NCBI GenBank assembly: GCA_020348445.1
Contig: CP070751.1
Span: 1,185,095 to 1,204,722 of the forward strand
DNA: 19,628 bases
Direction of reading: 5' to 3'
From: Thermoplasmata archaeon
Lineage (GTDB): Archaea > Thermoplasmatota > Thermoplasmata > GCA-020350865
The notes beneath the pieces were generated by a model. That model searched no databases. It saw only the letters and a program-made list of their open reading frames with translations, and was not told the DNA's origin. A program made the translations under genes and the position numbers. Shown here in pieces: positions 15,401 to 19,628 of this stretch. Position 1 is the stretch's first letter. Each line of letters opens with the position of its first letter.

Positions 15401-16423
15401 AATAAATCTTGTGACGTTATTTACCAATATATTTGATATAGTGCCATTTGATGAATCCTCAAAAGATATAACATCCGTATCATCTGCAGTTGAGATATTT
15501 TCGATACTAAAATTGGAGCACCTGGCAATTTCTATCCTTCGATTCCACATTTCACCTGGAATTACCAAAATATCTTCTATTTGAAAATCGGTACAATCCT
15601 CTATCTGAATCATTCTATGGGCTCTATCACCGATAATGTTCCTTATTGTGAATCCAGAAGAAGTACGAGCTTCGATATCATGGTCCTCTGGCAAACTTAT
15701 ATTTTCGATGCTAAATCCTGATGAATCCTGAGTACTAACAACAGTTCTTTCTCCTATCCCGTCAAAAGATGCGTTGTTAATAATCACGCCTTTCGAGTAT
15801 GCTAAAAGTACGGGCATCATTTGGATTTGAGAGATGTTTACGTTTTCTATGACAAATCCTGTGTTGTTGCCCATGAATGAAAGGCCCACCAAACTTGTAT
15901 TTATGTTAGTATTTGAAATATGTCCTGTATTGGTACCAACGAACACTCCCATGTGTTCCGCATTGGTCATGTCTATAAATCCGCTCTGCCTTAAAGTTGA
16001 GTTTTCGATTATTAGCGTCGAGCCAGAACGAGCAATAAAGTAGTAGTAGGCCGATAAAAACTCGGTATCATCATCATCTGGTGTATCTGTGATATAACAA
16101 TCGTACATCTCAAGGATTCCGCCATTTTCCACAATTATTGAGTATGGTGCAAGTATAATTGACATCATCATGAGTGTGCAGTTGTAAAGAACAAGACGAC
16201 CACCATTTTGAATGGTGAGTTCACCATGCAGTGCGATTATCTCATTGCTGTACTCCTCATAATCTGTAACTATCCAATCCCCATCATGCTCCTGAAAGCC
16301 ATCTATTCCGTCATCCGGGGCTGCTGAGACCTCATCTAGCAAATCCCAGGTGCCGTTAAAAGGCAATATCATCAATATAAACCCTACAACCAAGTAAATC
16401 GAGAATATCCTGGTTCTTTTCAT
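9458..16423 (-). CDS. Giant single-pass cell-surface glycoprotein (2321 aa): signal peptide, two parallel beta-helix modules, FN3-like domain, eight Ig/cadherin-like repeats, TM helix, conserved cytoplasmic domain
   Basis: MKRTR + hydrophobic N-terminus; PbH1/NosD-like I.N..I repeats; eight N(T/S)PP...D.DGD...W...W...P/V.DG units (about 12439-10075); TM IILEVLVIAGSGLLAFIGY followed by RIKRKK; many N-x-S/T sequons; SD GGAGGT upstream. Confidence 0.88.
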   Translation of the reverse strand: MKRTRIFSIYLVVGFILMILPFNGTWDLLDEVSAAPDDGIDGFQEHDGDWIVTDYEEYSNEIIALHGELTIQNGGRLVLYNCTLMMMSIILAPYSIIVENGGILEMYDCYITDTPDDDDTEFLSAYYYFIARSGSTLIIENSTLRQSGFIDMTNAEHMGVFVGTNTGHISNTNINTSLVGLSFMGNNTGFVIENVNISQIQMMPVLLAYSKGVIINNASFDGIGERTVVSTQDSSGFSIENISLPEDHDIEARTSSGFTIRNIIGDRAHRMIQIEDCTDFQIEDILVIPGEMWNRRIEIARCSNFSIENISTADDTDVISFEDSSNGTISNILVNNVTRFIDIKNSDNIELSKITIINGSETIRTWESEQILLDNINLYNITGPSYYTQIIMNSTDNSTISNLTILGLEGEGITILYGSENVTISNTYIETDSLEVTRGLWVDSSSVNVKGYTTYNINYSIFLWSGDIIGEDILVNGTYEPSIGIEINEAEEVYLSNITVLNPRSYGIRFMDCQGGNVRVDNVYVNDTTYGIDFVASDATLSDLFFDNVKYDIQTSDNSHITVMNSTINEFRLIDSEIICIDAVNASFSQIIGSSSLIWKWWVDVYVTDSRGEVAGAKIDIFDDPGPVEIQSITGADGFARNIPVTEVIWTPGLGADYITPHYARAWETGWEAFSTSYFVNNNMQMNVFYLGNTPPNAPTNMGAYSDEDSNTILTWELSTSWDVTSYDIYIARDIMSLENYMTAGIPNASVAAPQNNYVHESGSEDWKLFHYAVKSNDGSLVSTRYAKSNCGDWVVNKTTPQYVSGKNITLSGSLWIYGDLELINSSLHIDIYSELLFGIFINNSANFIVENVTIAGVDRDPYFFYIDQDARVSINGSKIIRPGDETLITEEYMKGILSYTRYLTITNSTIETRYWGLGIHGVSDFLGTIYNVSFISYEWEQAEYLLYITSSSYINIEECKMDARAIYGINAYGSSHLNISYSNISLGRFDDRPYWAVLMQDCTHSQIYENTFIISNPGIYLLNSENITIEKSNVSAHHGIAIHGESSRYITVRNCSFGDEENNPDIAIYMSWCRYSTIEDMEGIQNDNFIRMENESSSTIKNVSTISGDVGIYLVNSDNIYLDGCKAHIIQTGIMISGCSDIYLTNILINLTINCLVIKSPGPINIIDSTIKNGINGEIIAEGYGGELGNIIIENSTISAMSKTSLILNNSAAVHLINSSVNLSRVRIDDSGSRIELYHYLSVQVYDIDSGIPSWANITILNAKDNLVLTNKVDMGYVQWILIHEKTIFKEANYSDNPHRIYFDDGSHAGEVEVYINETQHLDVQVSNLPPWILWITILGYYDMPDPIPDIFTNNPKTNFDIVLDYLYQDLENDPESGTIIHWYINGIYYSSFDGLKTIDSQYTSKYQTWHAVAYPSDGYDSTYPLYPFESGFLYIDNTPPEVNNVIITPSTPTGGDDLFVDYNIYDIDGDGLDSTKTSHRWYFYNETSGDWEFSGIDSYYLSSQYTSKGQRWRCNVTPNDGADYGATVISQEVIIGNTPPSVTNPRIISETGSVIVTGKDNLKVVYNFTDSDGDLESGTSYEWYLSRDGGDWTKYDVNSNILPSNYTRRADLWRCRIIPMDGTDMGEEAWTDVHEVFNTPPTVSNVTITPQNPTSSDALEVTYDFYDYDGDTDNGTSFRWVYEDAFGVGWDSGISGNVTQAERTFKGQRWFCYVTPSDGINVGPEAGSLGVLINNSPPDITTAEVQFNEEDGDRWLLLLGTPEDTDGDTVVAVAIKWFIDGSEQPQFENQTVIAGEDLKKNQKWHAEVRVFDGEDWSSSYTTDNITIPNTPPYLNGTVILTPQKPLSNRNLKPTYENLFRDDDGDSFSSVEIKWYKDNGHMEDYDDQTQISWDLTKKGEIWYCKVRVSDGEDTSDWYSSTTTVVKNSPPSDIILNQEEGEVIMTETETLEFNVSSVDIDGDPLSYRWTLDGRIVLLDEGVGSSIYLMKTTYDSEGEYILRLVITDGDDTNETTWTVNVHKKNRLPEIEVNEPITKNPKMKENTYLKFMIDESDQDPEDTLQITWYFDDVEAQEGGSSYTYFAGSEDAGEHEVSVNVSDGEDSVEYSWNLSVQDIEEGQERIFGLLWDQWSIILEVLVIAGSGLLAFIGYSRIKRKKGALKTYMAEIEDLSAKEDLDPEGYDEKITEIEAKINDEFMAGKIEDLHYLMLQDIIASKRGEVRKAHVTRKFDRLPDGIVKELDEMLKDGKISREEYEGFVATISKTKTLSDDEKKELSKMIGEWEVEDKEIIEDEIPKPDTKPKKENVDEDILKEIEEMGED

Positions 16424-16438
16424 TCAAATACCTCCTAG

Positions 16439-16557
16439 ATTGCCATAAAAGGTGGTATATTGATATCCATATATATCTTGTTCTATATAATTGTACATGA
16501 TTTGGAGTGTATTTGGGAACCCTAAAATTGATTTTTATGGCAATATTATGGCAATAT
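16439..16557. repeat. 12-bp perfect inverted repeat ATTGCCATAAAA / TTTTATGGCAAT plus a tandem extra copy TTATGGCAATAT, flanking a TATA-like box
   Basis: 16439-16450 attgccataaaa is the reverse complement of 16533-16544 ttttatggcaat. ttatggcaatat occurs at 16535-16546 and 16546-16557 (period 11). Confidence 0.9.
16493..16500 (-). promoter_or_regulatory. TATA-like box for the 2321-aa surface protein gene
   Basis: TTATATAG on the minus strand about 70 nt upstream of ATG16423. Confidence 0.45.
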
Positions 16558-16649
16558 CGCGGTTATTCACGGTTTAGATCCCCTAAATTCCATACTTTAT
16601 TATTTCCCGGAGATTTCAATTATTCAGCTATATCTATTTTGGAGAGATT

Positions 16650-19628
16650 CTATTCGTCATCCAATGATTCCAGTATATCATCCATGTCATCATCGTTTTC
16701 CTCTTCGGATTTGACCTTATCCTCTGGATATTCCTCGGTAATTAATTCTTTATCCTCTACCTTCCATTCACCAATCATTCTGGATAACTCTTTCCTCTGA
16801 TGGGGTGTAAGGGATTGGGTGCGTGATATTGTGGCCACAAATCCCTCGTATTCAGAATGACTGATTTTGCCATCTGAAAGCATCTCATCCAGCTCTTGTG
16901 TGACTCCCTCAGGTAACTCCTCGAACCTCTGGGCAACTGCAGCCCTTCGAATCTCTCCACGCTTGCTTACCATGATCTCCTCAAGCATTAAAAAGTGTAG
17001 ATCTTCAATGTTACCTTGCTTGAATTCATCATTTATTCTAGCATCTAGCTCGTTTAGTTTATTCTCGTACTCAACGGGATCCTCGTCCTTGCGTTCAGAT
17101 ATCTCATCGATTTCTGCCATGTATCTTTTAAGCGCGCCTTTTTTCTTCCTTATCTTTCTGTATCCAATGAATGCTAGAAGGCCGGTACCTGCGATTACAA
17201 AGATTTCAAGTATTATACTCCACTGATCCCATGTTAGTCCAGCCAAACGCTCCTCACCCAGTTCTTTTTCCGCTACATCTTCCACTGTAACATCCCAGCT
17301 GTGATCTACACCCTCTGTACCGTCATTAACTTCGGCCCTTACGACATGATCGCCTGCGGCAGTAAAATCGGGATGATATGTAAATGTGCTTCCTCCACTC
17401 TGTGCCGCAACATCGTCCACGTACCATGTTATTTGGAGTGTATCTTCAGAATCGGGATCACTTCCTTCTATCGTGAACTTTAAAGATGTGTCTTCCTTCA
17501 TTGTATGCTCCTTTTCCACTGGTTGTTGACCCCCAATCGATGGCATTCTATTTACATCCTGAACCACAATTGTCCACTCATAATATAATGTGAAGGAGTT
17601 TTCCCCTATATCCTGTACAGACAGATTTAATGTATATGTCTCCGCGCTTTCATAATCTGTCTCGAACAAGTAATAATCATCGTCGCTCACTGTGACCTTG
17701 TTCAGTTTCCATTTGATCAACAAGAAATCCCCATCAGGATCCTCTGCTTCAACAGAGAAATCCAGGGACTCGGTCTCATTTATCCTGAACTGTCCTGTTA
17801 ATGGATCGATTGAGGTTACATTTGGCCTTGAATTTTGCACAACCACATAGTGCGAACTTAAATTTTCACTCCAGTCCTCACCGTCAAAGACCCTTAAAAT
17901 AAAATACCAGAGCTGATCCTTTGCCGTGGCAGATGAATCCACCCTTATCCCATGGATATCCTGTAAAATAACACCCTGATACCATGTGATTTCAAATGAT
18001 TGTTCTGTATCACCATCTTTATCTGAGAAAGTATATGAAGCCACTAAATCATCATCACCCAAAGGAGGATTTGGTGATATTGATAAATCAGTTGCAGTTG
18101 GTGGATTGTTTTGGATAATAATACTCTCTGAATCCACTTGCATCCCGAAATCATATCCGTCCCTGGGTCGCACCGTGAAATTCCAAACCTCGCCTTTTTC
18201 TGTTTGATTATTTGGTACTGTAAATTGATCATCTAATCCTGATTCATGAACACCATCACGATACCATGTGATTTTTGTGCCTGACTCTGGATCTGAGTCC
18301 ATATCTGAATAATCATAATTTGCCATGAGATCAGATACTGTTGTGGGATTTGCGGGTGTTATATATGCATTTTGTGCCACAGGCGGTGAATTCAATATCG
18401 TGACCATCATGGTAGAACTGGTGGTTGTTCCTTCATCCACACCGTCATTTGGCCTTACCTCGCAGGTCCAGAGGTCGTTTTTTGTTGTGTGGACAGAAGA
18501 GAGGGTCTTACCTCTATAACCTGTATCCACAAATCCTGTTTCACTCCACTTCAGCCATTTAACCACAGTATCAAGGCTTTCGGAATCGCCGTCGCTATCA
18601 TAAAAATCGTAAGCCACAATAAGATCATCCTCAGCTGTGGGATTTGAGGGAGTTATGATGATATTGTCAACGTATGGTGGTGTATTTCCTATAGAAATAT
18701 TTTCTGACTTCAATGAGGTTCCGGTTGCATTGCCATCTGAAGGTGTAATAATGTAATACCATACATCTCCTTTTTGAGTTTTTGAGTGATTTATAATAAA
18801 TAATCCATATAAATTTGCTTGCTCAAAATCGTTTCTGTACCACCTGATTGAGCTTCCTGATTCTGAGTCACCATCCACATCCCAATAATCGTAATCTGCA
18901 ACAAGATCCGAATCAGAGGTGGGATTTTCAGGGAGGATATAAGCATTTGTCACCTCAGGTGCTGAGTTACCTATGGTCACATCCATGCTGCTTCGAGTTG
19001 CTGTCCCTTCACCTTTGCCATCATGTGGAACTACCTCGCATGTCCAATTCTCTCCTTTCAATGTGTAGCTATAGGATAAATTCCTCCCCCTAAGACCTGT
19101 ATCGAAAAAATTATTTATATTCCAGCGCAGCCATCTTATGGTAGTATCCAGACTCTCGCTGTCACCATCACTATCATAAAAGTCATATGTGACAGTCAAG
19201 TTATCTTTTGTAGTTGGATCAGAGGGGGAAATTATAATATTGCTCACATATGGTGGAGTATTGCCTATTATAACAGACTCGGATTGCACTGAAGTTCCGT
19301 TATCCTCACCATCCGAGGGAATGATAATGAAATACCACTCTTCGTTCCCTTGTGTTAGTGAGTGATCCACAGAAATGCTATTATTTAAATTCCACTGCTC
19401 AACACCGTTTTTATACCATCTTATAATGCTCCCTGATTCTAAATCATAATCTGGATCATTATATTCGTAATCTACCAAAAGATCGGAATCGGCAGTGGGG
19501 GAAGAAGGAGTCACAAATACATTTGTAACCGATGGTGCAGAATTCCCTATTGTCACATTCATACTGCTCCGGTTGGCTAATCCCGGTTCAATTCCGTCGT
19601 GGGGTATGACCTCACATATCCATATCTC
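16650..19628 (-). CDS. Paralogous single-pass surface protein (5'-truncated by the window): Ig/cadherin-like repeats, TM helix, conserved cytoplasmic domain
   Basis: The frame stays open beyond ATG19562 to the window edge (EIWICEVIPHDGIEPGLANRSS, the end of another repeat unit), so the true start lies outside. Eight full repeats, TM IILEIFVIAGTGLLAFIGY, and a tail homologous to the 2321-aa protein. Confidence 0.88.
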   Translation of the reverse strand, partial: EIWICEVIPHDGIEPGLANRSSMNVTIGNSAPSVTNVFVTPSSPTADSDLLVDYEYNDPDYDLESGSIIRWYKNGVEQWNLNNSISVDHSLTQGNEEWYFIIIPSDGEDNGTSVQSESVIIGNTPPYVSNIIISPSDPTTKDNLTVTYDFYDSDGDSESLDTTIRWLRWNINNFFDTGLRGRNLSYSYTLKGENWTCEVVPHDGKGEGTATRSSMDVTIGNSAPEVTNAYILPENPTSDSDLVADYDYWDVDGDSESGSSIRWYRNDFEQANLYGLFIINHSKTQKGDVWYYIITPSDGNATGTSLKSENISIGNTPPYVDNIIITPSNPTAEDDLIVAYDFYDSDGDSESLDTVVKWLKWSETGFVDTGYRGKTLSSVHTTKNDLWTCEVRPNDGVDEGTTTSSTMMVTILNSPPVAQNAYITPANPTTVSDLMANYDYSDMDSDPESGTKITWYRDGVHESGLDDQFTVPNNQTEKGEVWNFTVRPRDGYDFGMQVDSESIIIQNNPPTATDLSISPNPPLGDDDLVASYTFSDKDGDTEQSFEITWYQGVILQDIHGIRVDSSATAKDQLWYFILRVFDGEDWSENLSSHYVVVQNSRPNVTSIDPLTGQFRINETESLDFSVEAEDPDGDFLLIKWKLNKVTVSDDDYYLFETDYESAETYTLNLSVQDIGENSFTLYYEWTIVVQDVNRMPSIGGQQPVEKEHTMKEDTSLKFTIEGSDPDSEDTLQITWYVDDVAAQSGGSTFTYHPDFTAAGDHVVRAEVNDGTEGVDHSWDVTVEDVAEKELGEERLAGLTWDQWSIILEIFVIAGTGLLAFIGYRKIRKKKGALKRYMAEIDEISERKDEDPVEYENKLNELDARINDEFKQGNIEDLHFLMLEEIMVSKRGEIRRAAVAQRFEELPEGVTQELDEMLSDGKISHSEYEGFVATISRTQSLTPHQRKELSRMIGEWKVEDKELITEEYPEDKVKSEEENDDDMDDILESLDDE
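18111..19628 (-). repeat. Intragenic alternating A(94 aa)/B(98 aa) Ig-like repeats, 576-nt higher-order period
   Basis: Partial B, A1 19544-19263, B1 19262-18969, A2 18968-18687, B2 18686-18393, A3 18392-18111. Hand counts: B1/B2 62/98 identical, A1/A2 52/94 identical. Confidence 0.88.

Noticed and set aside
2262-16536. Shared 12-mer AAATTGATTTTT at 2262-2273 and 16525-16536
   Set aside because: Almost all A/T and in AT-rich intergenic DNA; the flanks do not align convincingly.
16507-16800. 97-aa plus-strand ORF across the intergenic region
   Set aside because: TTG-type start without RBS, half overlaps the acidic tail in antisense (Ser-rich), and runs through the repeat/promoter region.
19560-19562. 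ATG19562 as the start of the 970-aa ORF
   Set aside because: The frame is open to the window edge, the upstream codons encode the end of a B repeat, and there is no signal peptide; the gene is truncated by the window.
1-19628. tRNA, rRNA, transposase, integrase, intein or frameshifted pseudogene
   Set aside because: No cloverleaf, rRNA-like stretch, DDE/tyrosine-recombinase motifs or broken reading frames seen by eye; intergenic gaps are short. tRNAscan/Infernal would be the decisive check.

Overview
Archaeal-looking genomic window. Evidence: GGTGA/GGAGGTG ribosome-binding sites, BRE/TATA-like promoters, a single-domain KaiC/RAD55 ATPase, V4R and Roadblock proteins, and sequon-rich surface proteins. 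A Thermoplasmatota origin is my inference. Left half (+ strand, 176-9405): a Zn-dependent HDAC/AcuC/AphA-family deacetylase; a probable DUF6516(TumE-like)/winged-HTH toxin-antitoxin-like pair; then a tightly packed operon (PH-like+wHTH protein, V4R+wHTH protein, KaiC-like ATPase, Roadblock/MglB+helical-domain protein, Zn-finger/coiled-coil/wHTH protein, two tandem Cys/His-conserving paralogues of unknown function) followed by a GNAT acetyltransferase. Right half (- strand, 9458-19628): two paralogous giant single-pass surface proteins with Ig/cadherin-like repeats (the complete one also has beta-helix modules) and a strongly conserved ~165-aa membrane+cytoplasmic module; the second is cut by the window edge. 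Best candidate for an undescribed system: a KaiC-centred signalling hub bracketed by an acetylation writer and eraser, facing receptor-like surface proteins. No rRNA, tRNA, CRISPR array, transposase or integrase was seen. All family calls are by eye from motifs; no database search was run.
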